Assembly (NCBI GenBank): GCA_002245135.1
Contig: NGBS01000293.1
Location: 310,001 to 374,000, forward strand
Source of the DNA: Proteromonas lacertae
Lineage: Eukaryota
DNA: 64,000 bases
Direction: 5' to 3'
Shown one piece after another: positions 1-11,762 of the stretch (positions are counted from its first letter, which is position 1; each line of letters opens with the position of its first letter). A program made the translations under genes and the position numbers. The notes beneath the pieces were generated by a model, which did not search any database, was not told the DNA's origin, and saw only the letters and a list, made by a program, of their open reading frames with translations.

Positions 1-1135
1 TTAGTTGATAATGAAATAGTATCTGGTGAAAATGCAATATTTGTTACAACAGAACCAATACTACCAGATGGACAGTGTTTCTTACTAGGAAATACAAAAG
101 GAGAGAATATAGGATTAGATAAAAGTGATTTAATGAAATATCTAAGATATGAAAATAATAAATACTATTTTGGACCAAGTGTCAATCCAAATAATGCGTT
201 TAGTAGAATTGTTAATGGCACATCGATTCAATCGATTGCAAGATAGTGATATTGAAATAAGTGATGATGAATTTAGAAAGAATAATGGAATAGTATTTGA
301 ACTATCACAATTATTTTCACAAAATCAATTTAAATCTTCTTTAATTCAATTATCATCTGGCTCAAAACTAACAATCACGTTTCTATCACCCACAAATGGT
401 GTTTATATGAGATTATATCGAATAGTAAAAGTGAAATTTTATAATAGTGAAGGTGAAGAGTTAGATAATGAAGGGAATGTAATATCATCAACAACAACAA
501 CAAATCCAACAAATCCAACAACCGATTCCGAATCAACAGAATCAGACTCGAGAGAATTGCAGCAACAACAACAACAAAAGAGAATAAATACAAATGAAAT
601 ATATGTAGCAATGATCACTGAACCACCATTTACACTTATTGATGAAGAAACAACTCTATTCTTACAGCTACAAAGCAATACAATACATGAATTTATCGAA
701 TGTAGTGGTGCTGGAATATGTAATAGAAATAGTGGAAAATGTGAATGTTTTAGTGGATATGATGGAATAGCATGTCAAAGATTACGTTGTCCAAATGATT
801 GTAGTAATCATGGAAAATGTGTTTCTTATGACGAAGCAATTAAAGGATCAAACTATCGAAATCAAATCAAGCAACAGTTTGGTTATTCTGGTAGTAATAG
901 TTTGAATGAGAAATTCTTTGGATGTTTGTGTGAAAAAGGATACAGAGGTTCTGATTGTTCAATGAAAGAATGTCCATCTTTTGAAGATCCTCAAGCTGAT
1001 AAAGATATAAAGATAAATAATGAATATAGAGATTGTAGTGGAAGAGGTATATGTGATTATGATAAAGGCATTTGTGAGTGTTTTAATGGATATAGTGGAG
1101 CTGGATGTGAAGTTATAATGCCTGCTAACTATTAG
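1..1135 (+). CDS. EGF-repeat protein of the stramenopile tubular mastigoneme (MAS/Sig/Ocm) family, 5' end outside window
   Basis: C-terminal Cys clusters HEFIECSGAGICNRNSGKCECFSGYDGIACQRLRCPNDCSNHGKC ... CLCEKGYRGSDCSMKECP ... RDCSGRGICDYDKGICECFNGYSG. Frame 1 is open from base 1 to about 243, then frame 2 continues (apparent +1 indel near 240). Confidence 0.7.
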
Positions 1136-1223
1136 AAAATATTTTATCTTAAACATATATTTATTTTATTTCTGTATTGTTATGTAAAGATTTAAAATCA
1201 TATAATTAATTAAAAAATCTAAA

Positions 1224-2347
1224 TTACGAAGGTGATATTACACTACGTTGTATAGTATGATGAAAAGATATAATGGACTTTTTAGGAGAAGTAAAATGTG
1301 AAATCTTTTGATGATTTAAACTAGGTGATGTTGCATCATCACTATAACCTTCTGACGCATATGATTGAAGTGTTGAATGGCATTTTCTTTGACTATATCC
1401 ATATTTCTTCCTTTTATCTAGAATAAAGAGATTAAACAGTTCATCATATTCTCGAGGATCTTTATTTATATCTCTATATTCTGTATAATATGGTTGTGGC
1501 TCTTTTAATACTAATATTCTATAGATTGAAGAAAAACATGACTCTTTGGGTAAATAGGAGTGTCTACAGAAAGAATTATCATAAAATGCGATTCTTTTAA
1601 GTACATTTATGTAATGTCTTTCAGTAAAGAAATATTTTATCAAATTCTTTCTCATTTCCCAAAATGGATTGTACAACTCTCCATTTGATTCAATAAAGTA
1701 TGTTAAGTCTTTCACTGTGATTAATTCACCATTATAACTATTATTAATATGTTGATTTAATATATACTTTAGAAAATTAATTACATCTTTATTTGTCATT
1801 GCAGTATCTGATAGTTTAGAGAAAAATAATTGAGCCATATCCTTACTTACAGCATAATTACTATGTATTCCACACGCAGATAACAACACTTTGATAATTC
1901 TGTCTATTTGGCTGAAAGTGAGAACACAAAAAATATTGAAGAATATATTGTAGTCTATTTGATCAGCTATTAGAATATAAATATACTAGTAAAGTATACC
2001 ATACACACCCAACAATAAACGAAAAATTTTCTTTGTATGCACCCCCAGTATATGTAAAAGATATTCTGCTTTTACGTATGGTGTTTGATTATGTTTTATC
2101 CAATAAAACAAGAATCTGTGCTGAATTATTGATATTTCATAATTATTTACTATACAGAAAATCTTATATGCTTTTATACGACAATATATCCTTGCAATGT
2201 CAACTGCACTGCTATTTAAAGGTAGGAGTGGTGTTTTTCTGAATGAACATGAAACGTTAAGCTCAAAACTGTTATAAGCTGATTGCTAATATCTATAAAA
2301 ACTGAATCTAATACTAAGTAGTCAGTATTTAACATACTTTCCGTCAT
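1224..2347 (-). CDS. Family A paralogue 1: unknown protein, probable degenerate EF-hand (calcineurin-B-like) fold
   Basis: Spliced ORF MTESMLNTDYL|QSAYNSFELNVSCSFRKTPLLPLNSSAVDIARIYC|... with shared motifs LSACGIHSNY, NGELYNPFW and RKKYGYS; intron positions match the other copies. Confidence 0.8.
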
Positions 2348-2738
2348 TTTTTAATCAGCAGTTATAAAAATTCATTTTTGATTTTTGATTTTTTTATTCA
2401 AAAATATGAATTAGTGATGATAACAACACAACATCAGATGATCTTACTTTTCCTGTAGTGTCTATTAAAAGTGATATTAAATGTATTTAAAACCAAATAG
2501 GCAATTTAGTTAATAAAAGTGTGAGAAAAATAGAAATACTGCTAAATACTTCAAAAAATAGTTAATTAGAGTCAGAATTATAACTAAATTAGCTAATCAT
2601 TTTTAGTTTGGTGATATTTTATTTATTATAACAATATTTAGATTATATTATTTTCTAACCCTATATATAATACGATATATGTATAACCTATACAAATAAA
2701 ACTATTAGTACATTTACTAACACTCTATTACTAAACTA

Positions 2739-3882
2739 TTAATCAGACGAAGTAGTTTGAGGTAATATCTGATTAAAAGATATTATTGATCTTTTGGCAT
2801 TTACAGTTGTTTTTTGTGAAGATTTTTGATTACTGTTATTGATGGTTGAATTTCTAGGACTAATAACTTCAGATGCTAGTGAATGAGGTCTTGATTGTGT
2901 AATTCTTTTACTATATCCATATTTCTTTCTTCTCTCCACCATATATAAATCAAATAATTCGTCATAAAATTTTGGATCTGTGTTTGTATCTCGATATTCT
3001 GTATAATAAGGAGGAGGTTCTTTTAAAACTAACACTCTATAAAATGAAGATAAACACGATTCTTTTGGTATATCAGTATGATTACTAAACGATTCATCAT
3101 AAAATGTTATCCTTTTTAAAATATTCATAAAATATTTATGACTAAAAAAACGTCTAACTAAAGATAATCTAATTTGCCAAAATGGATTGTATAACTCTCC
3201 ATTAAATTGAATAAATATAACTAAATTCTTCATGGGAATTAATTCATCATTATTGCTATTGATATATAAAGAAACATATTAAAAATATTATACTTTAAAA
3301 ATTTTATAATTTCTTCATTAAACATAGCTGTCTTAGATATTTTAGTAAAAAATGATTCAGCCATATCTTTACTTACACCATAATTACTATGAATTCCACA
3401 TGCTGATAAGATTACTTTGATTATTCGATCAATTTGACTGAAAGTCATAATACAGAAAAAATTGAAAAAAATGTTATAATCTATTCTGTCTTCTATAAAA
3501 ATTTAAACAATAAATGTAATAAATACCATAAACGTCTAAAATTAATTGAAATATTTCTATCTTTTGTAAACCAAGTGTTTGTAGTAGGTATTTTGCTGTA
3601 ATGTATGGTGTTTCACTATGTTTAATCCAGTAGAATAAAAATCTGTATTGAATTATTGAAATCTCATAATTATTTACTATAAATAAAACTGATAATAAGT
3701 TAATACAGCAATATATCCTAGCAACATTAAATGCACTAACACTAAGAGGCAACAGTGGAGTCTTTGTGAAAGAACATCCTTTATTGAGTTGAAAATTGTT
3801 ATATGCATGTTTCTATAACAGTTAATACTGATAATTGAAATACCAAAAAATCAATCTGAAATGAGGTTTCTTTATCTATCAT
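2739..3882 (-). CDS. Family A paralogue 2
   Basis: Spliced ORF MIDKETSFQIDFL|KHAYNNF...ARIYC|...LSACGIHSNYGVSKD...|...NGELYNPFW...EPPPYYTEYR...RRKKYGYS; four short GT-AG introns. Confidence 0.85.
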
Positions 3883-4331
3883 TTTCTTAATCAGTTACAC
3901 ATTACAACACACATCAAAATAGATTTGAATTCATTTCTATTTTGAATAATTGCTTTTTAGAATGAATGGGAAAGAATAAATTATCTATTTAGTGATATTT
4001 TGTTTAGATATTTGTTAATTATAATATTATTATAAACTAAATTCTCTTGAGATAACATTGAATCCATTTAAATTTGATTGTGCTGTTGTTTTAAGATATA
4101 CATGTTGATATATGAGTGCCCATGAAATAATGCATTTAACGAAATACTAATAACTTGAATATCTATTGAACTTATTGAAAATATAGCATAGATAAAGTAT
4201 AACATAATTAATTAGTAAAATCTATACTTTACTCATCTAATAATCGTATCATTTATGTTGTTTTAGTGTAGCACTGATTATAACAAGATATTGATTAAAC
4301 TAGGTAAATTATGGTAACTAATTATGTTATA

Positions 4332-5457
4332 TTATAAGTTAGGTGTTGCACTATTTTGTACTACCTGATTAAACGAAATTAAAGACTTTTTAGGTGTAAG
4401 TCTTTGAGAAGATTTTTGATGACTGGATGATTTTCTAGCACTAGAAGTTTCAAACATATATGAATGAGGTCTTGAACATGTAATTCTTTGACTGTATCCA
4501 TATTTCTTTCTTCTATTCAACATATACAGTTCGAACAAGTCATCGCAATCTTTTGGATCAATAGTTACATCTCTATACTCTGTATAATATGGCGGTGGTT
4601 CATTCAATACGAAGATTCTATAAAGTGAAGAAAAGCAAGATTCTTGCGGTGGTTGTGAATGTCTAGTAAATGAATTATCATAAAACATTATTCTTTTTAT
4701 TACATAAATAAAATATCTTTCGTTAAAGAAATATTTCACTAGACATGTCCTCATCTGCCAAAATGGATTATATAATTCACTATTAGACTCAATAAAAGTA
4801 ACTAAATCTTTTATTATTATTAAGTCACTATTATCGCTATTTTTATTTTATATAACATTAATATATACTTTAAAAATCTTAAAATTTGTTCATTTGACAT
4901 TGCTTCCGCAGTTATTTTCTTAAAAAATGATTCAGCCATATCTTTACTTACGCCATAATTACTGTGAATTCCGCATGCTGACAAAAATACTTTAATTATT
5001 CTATCAATTTGACTAAAGGTCATAATACAGAAAAAAATGAAAAATGAATTATAATCTATTTCATCTATGAAAAATGATAATAAACAATAAATGAAATAAA
5101 TACCATAACCATCTAACAATAATTGAAAAATTTCTCTATTATGAAGTCCAAGTATGTTTAAAAGGTATTCAGATGTAATAAATGGTGTTTCTTTGTGTTT
5201 CATCCAATAATATAAATATTTGTGTTGAATTATTGAGATTTCGTAATTGTTTACTAATTATATAATAAATAACATTATTAATACAACAATAGATCCTTGC
5301 AATATTAACTGCATAGTTGTTTAGCGGTAGTAACGGAATCTTACGAAATGAGCAGGAAGACTTCAGTTCAAAACTGTTATATGCTTCTTTCTAAAGTATT
5401 AAATAATTTATAATATACTAAAAATTCGATTTGGAAAGATGATTCATTTTTTATCAT
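4332..5457 (-). CDS. Family A paralogue 3
   Basis: MIKNESSFQIEFL|KEAYNSF...; same motifs and intron positions as the other copies. Confidence 0.85.
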
Positions 5458-5873
5458 TTTGAACTAAGTATAACCGATTCTGTTATTCCGCAATTAAATA
5501 ATAAAGAAAAGTGTATTTTTTGTTTAAATTGAATAGATCTATCTATTATTGCCCTTTAGAAATATTATTTGGTGTGATTTATGCAAACAGTGTTGCATTA
5601 ATAGCGCTAATCAGTTAGTGTTGACTAATAAATCTTTTGTAATTAAATTGATTAAGTGTAGCGAATAATAAAACTAGCATGATATTTTATATTTTTGATG
5701 TTTGCTAGTAATATTACAAAGTAGAAGAAGATGATTGTTAAGTATGTGATAATGAAAGAATAATCAAATATTTTTGTTTAACTACTAGTAACCATAAAAA
5801 CAATAGAATTTAAAATAAATTAGATAAATTTATACATTTAATATTACTATTATAAAGTAGATATAGCGTTGTG

Positions 5874-6985
5874 TTATGTAGTTTGATTTATAGATATCAT
5901 TGACTTTTTAGGTATCGATGCATTAGTTTTATTTGAAGATTTAGGATTACTGTGATAGGATGACTTCCTATCATTAAATGTATCGGATATATGAGAACGT
6001 GATATTGAATGGCCAATTCTTTTGCTATAACCGTATTTCTTTCTTCTTTCTAATATAAAGAGATTAAACAGTTCATCACACTCTCTTGGATTTGTAGTAC
6101 TATTTCGATACTCTGTATAATAAGGTGGTGGTTCTTTTAATATTAATATTCTATAAAGCTTTGATGTACAAGATTCTTTTGGTATATCTGTGTTTTTAAC
6201 AAAAGATTTATCATAACATGCTATTCTCTTTATTATATTTATGAAATATCTTTCATTAAAGAAATTTTTAACTAAATTTATTCTCATTTCCCAAAATAGA
6301 CTATACAACTCTCCATTTGATTCAATAAACGTTACTAAATCTTTAATTGTTATTAGATCATCACTATGCCTATTAATATTTAAGAATATAATAGTAGTAC
6401 GATAGAAATTCTACTACACCTACATTAAACATCGCTGTTTCTGATATTTTAGTAAAAAATGATTCAGCTGCATCTTTTCCTACACCGTAATTACTATGAA
6501 TTCCACAAGCAGATAAAACAAGCTTTATTATTCTTTCAATTTGACTGAATGTCATTATACAAAAGAAAATAAAGAATATGTTATAATCTATTCGATTATC
6601 TATAAGAATTTAATCAAGAAATAAATTAAATACAATAAACATCTAATATTAATTGATATATATCTTTATTACGAACTCCAAGAGTTTGCAGTAAATATTC
6701 AGATGTAATAAAAGGCGTATCTGTGTGTTTTATCCAGTAGAACAAGAATCTATGCTGAATTATTGAGATCTCATAATTATTCACTATATATAATAATTAT
6801 ATGTATTTATACAACAATATATTTTTGCCATTGTTGTTGCGCTTTTGTTTAGTGGTAATAATGGAGTTTCTCTAAATGAGCACGAAGTATGAAGTGTAAA
6901 GTTGTTGTATGCTTTTTGCTATGCACTTTAAATGTATATAATATACCAAAAATTGGATTTGAAATGTAAATTCATTTTCTGCCAT
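5874..6985 (-). CDS. Family A paralogue 4
   Basis: MAENEFTFQIQFL|...; LSACGIHSNY, EPPPYYTEYR and RRKKYGYS motifs. Confidence 0.85.
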
Positions 6986-7632
6986 TTTTGGTCAGTTATT
7001 TTTTTCATTTCTATTTTGAACTTTTTAAAATTCCTAACAACAAAAAAGAGAGAATTACAATTTAAATGATTTTCAGTATTTTATATCGCTTCTTGCATCA
7101 CATTATACTTATTCATAAGCATTATAACTCAATTTCAAGGTTTTAGCCTACATCTTTATATACTGAATTTCGCACTGATGTGAAAAATATGATATGCTTA
7201 TTATTGATTTTTAGAACAAAAATTCTTTGTTCATTTTTTTTTCTTGTTTCTTCTGAGCTGTAAACTATATAAAAAGTATCAGCTATTATTTTATTGAGAT
7301 GTATAATTAAGTCTGTCGTGAACATGATAAAAGAACATTTTAAACGACATCACACACTATAGCATCAATTACATCTTTAAGCATTATATATATCATGCAT
7401 TTTATTACAAAGATGGATTTTTTTATTGGTTCTTTCGCATTCACAGTTTTATTAAGCGTTTGTTTTTATCATATATATATACATATATATATATAATTAG
7501 TTGAATAGCTATTATATAAGTATGTACAACAAAAATTACAAAATATTAAATAAGTCCATACAATTTACATAAATACTTTTGATATTTACAAAGAAAATGA
7601 AACACTATCATGTTGTTATAAATTACACACTT

Positions 7633-8748
7633 TTAATGTGTTGGCGATGGTTGATTGAATGATTTTAATGTCTTTGTTGTTGTAATCTTTTGTGAAGATT
7701 TTATTTTACTATTACAAGAAGAATTTCTATCACTAAACGTTTCAGAAAGTTGTGAACGAGGCATTGAATGTTTAAATCTTTTACTATATCCATATTTCTT
7801 TCTTCTTTCCACAATATACAAATCAAACAATTCTTCACATTCTTTCGGATCTGTATTAACATCTCTATATTCTGTGTAATAAGGTGGTGGCTCTTTTACT
7901 ATAAACATTCTATAAAGCTTAGATGAACACGATTCTTTTGGTATTTTTAAGTCCATATCAAAGGCTTTGTCATAAAACATTATTCTTTTTACTGCTTTTA
8001 TACTATATCTTTCATTAAAAAAAAACTTTATCAAATTACACCTAAACACCCAAAATGGATTATATAATTCTTCATTTATTTGAGCAAATGTTATTAAGTC
8101 TTTGACTGTTATTAATTCATCATTAATACTAAAATGAAAAAAATAAATATAAATAATATTATATACTTCATAAAAGCATTAACCAAACGATTATCCATAG
8201 CAGTGTCAGATATGTTGGTGAAAAATGATTCAACTGCATCTTTTCCTACACCATAATTGCTATGAATCCCACAAGCAGACAAAACTAACTTCATTAAACG
8301 ATCAATTTTACTAAATGTCATAATACAGAAGAAATTAAAAAAATTATTATAGCTAATCTGATCATCTATGAAATATTAAGAATAATAATATAAAATACCA
8401 TAAACATCTAACAATAACTGAAAAATCTTTTTGTGAGGAACTTCAAGTATTTGTAATAGGTAATTTGATGTTATGTATGGTTTTTCTCTACGCTTAGTCC
8501 AATAAAACAAGTATCTGTATTGAATGATTGAGATTTCGTAGTTGTTTACTATATATGTAAATAGGTGGGAATATATACAGCAATATATCCTTGAAATATT
8601 CAATGCATTGCTATCTAACGGCAATAAAGGAGTTCTTCTGAATGAGAAGGATGTGTGAAGAGTAAAGTTGTCGTATGCTTTTTGCTAATACATTAAATAA
8701 GTTATAGAGTACTAGAAACTCGATTTGGAGTGATTCTTTCTCTGTCAT
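7633..8748 (-). CDS. Family A paralogue 5
   Basis: MTEKESLQIEFL|...; LSACGIHSNY, EPPPYYTEYR and RRKKYGYS motifs. Confidence 0.85.
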
Positions 8749-8965
8749 TCAACCAACAGCTTTTTATTTCTTTTTCAATACATCATAATAAAAAAGATAT
8801 ATATTAGAAATAGCTTGTTCAACATGATAAAATATTTATAATAGTATGACTAACATGACTTATTAGTGCTGCAGTTCAGTATTTGAATTATGATTCATAT
8901 TATTTATGTTTTTTTGTTAATATGCATTGAGATAAACAAATTGAATAAACAAATTATTTTCAATT

Positions 8966-9838
8966 CTATTCATACTCATCAGAATCTTCGTTCTTTGTTC
9001 TTCTTTTCTTTTGAGCCTTTCTTTTGGATTTTCCTTCCTCTTCCTCATCATCATCATCATCTACTTCTTCCTCTTCTTCCTCCTCTTCATAGTCATCCTA
9101 TATATATGAGAGATTACTAATAATTATACATTAGCCTTTCTCTTTTTAGCATTTCTCTTTCCTACAGGTTCTGGATGTTTTGCTAACTATTATTAAATAA
9201 CAATAACAATTAATACATATTCCTTACATCTTTTACAAATATATTTATAATCTTCACTTTCAGCATTCTTTGGAACTTCTTTAAATCCTTCACATTTCCA
9301 GTGATAAGCTAATAAACATTTATCACAATAAACATAAGCATCTAATCCATTATCTGCTTCTATTTCAGTTGATAAACATTCACAACAACCTGCACTTTCT
9401 TCATCTAAATAATCTAATCTTGCTTCACCTTTTACTGTTTCGTTACAATACTATAAATATATAGTAAAACATCATACATATGCAGTAGTAACAGCTGACT
9501 CAAATTGACTGCCATTAACTGAATCTTTTGGCAACTTCTTGTATTTAAATATAGTTTCATAACTAAATGGTTCGATCATTTTCAATGAAGTGATTCCACT
9601 ATAAAAAATATCAATAAAAGCATACTATAATTCACTAACGTCAGAACAGAAATACATGACTGGTACTTTGTTTTTATCTTTGGATTTGGCAAATTCCTTC
9701 TTGAGCTACTTGACTCATATCTTCAAGATCACACACTAAAGCAGGTAATACAACATTTTTGTCCCAAACCACATTATACAAAATTCCTTTTAGATATTGT
9801 GGTGTAGATGAATTTTCATTTTGACCTTGATCACTCAT
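8966..9838 (-). CDS. PWWP-like + PHD finger protein B1 (one module, acidic/basic tail); not in the ORF track
   Basis: Spliced: MSDQGQ...LYNVVWDKNVVLPALVCDLEDMS...KVPVMYFCSD...FSYETIFKY...FESAVTTAY|YC...GCCECL...YVYCDKCLLAYHWKCEG...YICKRCKEY. Four introns; one apparent +1 indel near 9700. Confidence 0.8.
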
Positions 9839-10376
9839 TTCGATGAAAAAAAATTTATAAAAATATTACACAATTGACATGTCAAAATGTGTAATTAAAA
9901 TTTAATGCTGAATAAAATCATAGTTACAAAGAAAAACCCTCGAGTAATAGGTATTTTGTCATATTTGAGTATATTTAAACTATTTAATGATGATAATTCG
10001 AAGTTGTATGAAATGTCGATTGAGATGTTCTTCGCAGATTGCTTGTATTTGTTATAATATATAGAGTAATTTTGATGTAAAATATATTTTAAGGGTATTT
10101 ATAGTATTAAAATTATTCATGATCAGACTGAAAATCTTAGTGAACAGTTATTGAAATAAAAAACTAAAGCTGGTAAAGTATAATTACTACTGCTGTTGAA
10201 GGTGCAATATTACACACGAATGATATTTAATGTTTCTGAAATATGCTTCTATAAAACTAAGTGTATTGTAAAAGACATGAAGAATTTAATAAAATACGTC
10301 CAAAAGTTACTATTTTTTACTACAATTAGGAACTGAAGAATTTTCAAAATAAAAAATTTGTCTCAGTTTGATGAAA

Positions 10377-11510
10377 ATGCTTGAAAACGAATCTTCTATC
10401 CAAATAGAATTATTTGTATATCATCTCGTAATTTTTTTGATATTTTAGCAAAAAGCCTATAATAGTTTTAGCTTACACAAGTTTTGTTCATTTCGCAAGA
10501 TACCGTTACTGCCTGTTAATAGTAGTTCTGTCGCTATAGCAAGGATATATTGTTGTATTAATATAATAATCTACATTATTTAGTGAATAACTATGAAATC
10601 TCAATTATCCAACACAGATATTTATTCTATTGGATGAAACACAAAGAAGTACCATATATAAAAACAGAATACTTATTGCAAATACTTGAAGTAAAAAATA
10701 AAGAAATATATAAATTAATCTTTGGAATTTATGGTATTATTCAAAATATTAATTTTAAAATATAATAGATGACAAAATAAATTTGTTTTTTAATTTCTTC
10801 TGTATTATGACATTTAGTCAAATTGATCGAATTATCAAAGTATTTTTATCTGCTTGTGGAATTCATAGTAATTACAGTGTAGGGAAGGATGCTGTGGAAT
10901 ATTTTTTAACAAAGTTATCTGATACTGCTATGTCAAATGAACAAATAATTGATTTTTTAAAGTATTAATAATATAGCTTTATTATTATTATTATTATTAT
11001 TATAGAAATAATGATGATGCAATCACTATTAGAGATTTAACCACTTTTATAGAGTCAAATGGAGAGTTGTATAATCCATTTTGGCAAATTAAGTTATCTT
11101 TAGTAAAATGCTTCTTTAATGAAAGATATTTTATTAATATATTAAAAAGAATAACATTTTATGATAATGCGTTTAAAAGACATACAAATATGCCATCAGA
11201 ATCTTGCTTTTCTTCACTTTATAGAATTTTCGTATTGAAAGAACCGCCGCCATATTATACAGAGTATAGGGATGTAACTATAGATCCAAAAGAATGTGAT
11301 GAATTGTTTGAACTGTATATGTTGAGTAGAAGAAAGAAATATGGATATAGTCAAAGAACTACACGTTCAACTCCTTATTCATGTGAATCTTGTACATTTA
11401 GAGGTAGAGTATCATCTGCTCATAATATCAATCATAAATTATCACAGAAAATAACACCTAAAAAATCAATGATTTCATTTAATCAAACAATACAACAAAG
11501 TCCAACCTAA
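10377..11510 (+). CDS. Family A paralogue 6 (inverted relative to copies 1-5)
   Basis: MLENESSIQIELF|QKAYNSF...; same motifs and four introns at homologous positions. Confidence 0.85.
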
Positions 11511-11762
11511 TTTAAAATATAACATTCGTAATCGTGTTAATTTATCTCGTTTTATCAATATTCTGTAACTATAAGGGTTTAACAAGTAAATAATTACATT
11601 TTTCTTATATTCCCCAATATTTAGGCACACAAACAGATATCCAACTTGAAAAAGTATTATAATCATCTATATCAATCACAATGAATAAAAGAAAAATATG
11701 AAAGCTTGATAGGTTTGAGAAACAAAAAGCCTGTTTTATAATCAACAGAATAAGATTTTGTA

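Noticed and set aside
7143..7325. 60-aa ORF between family A copies 4 and 5
   Set aside because: No motif, no paralogue in the other spacers and no splice-supported extension.
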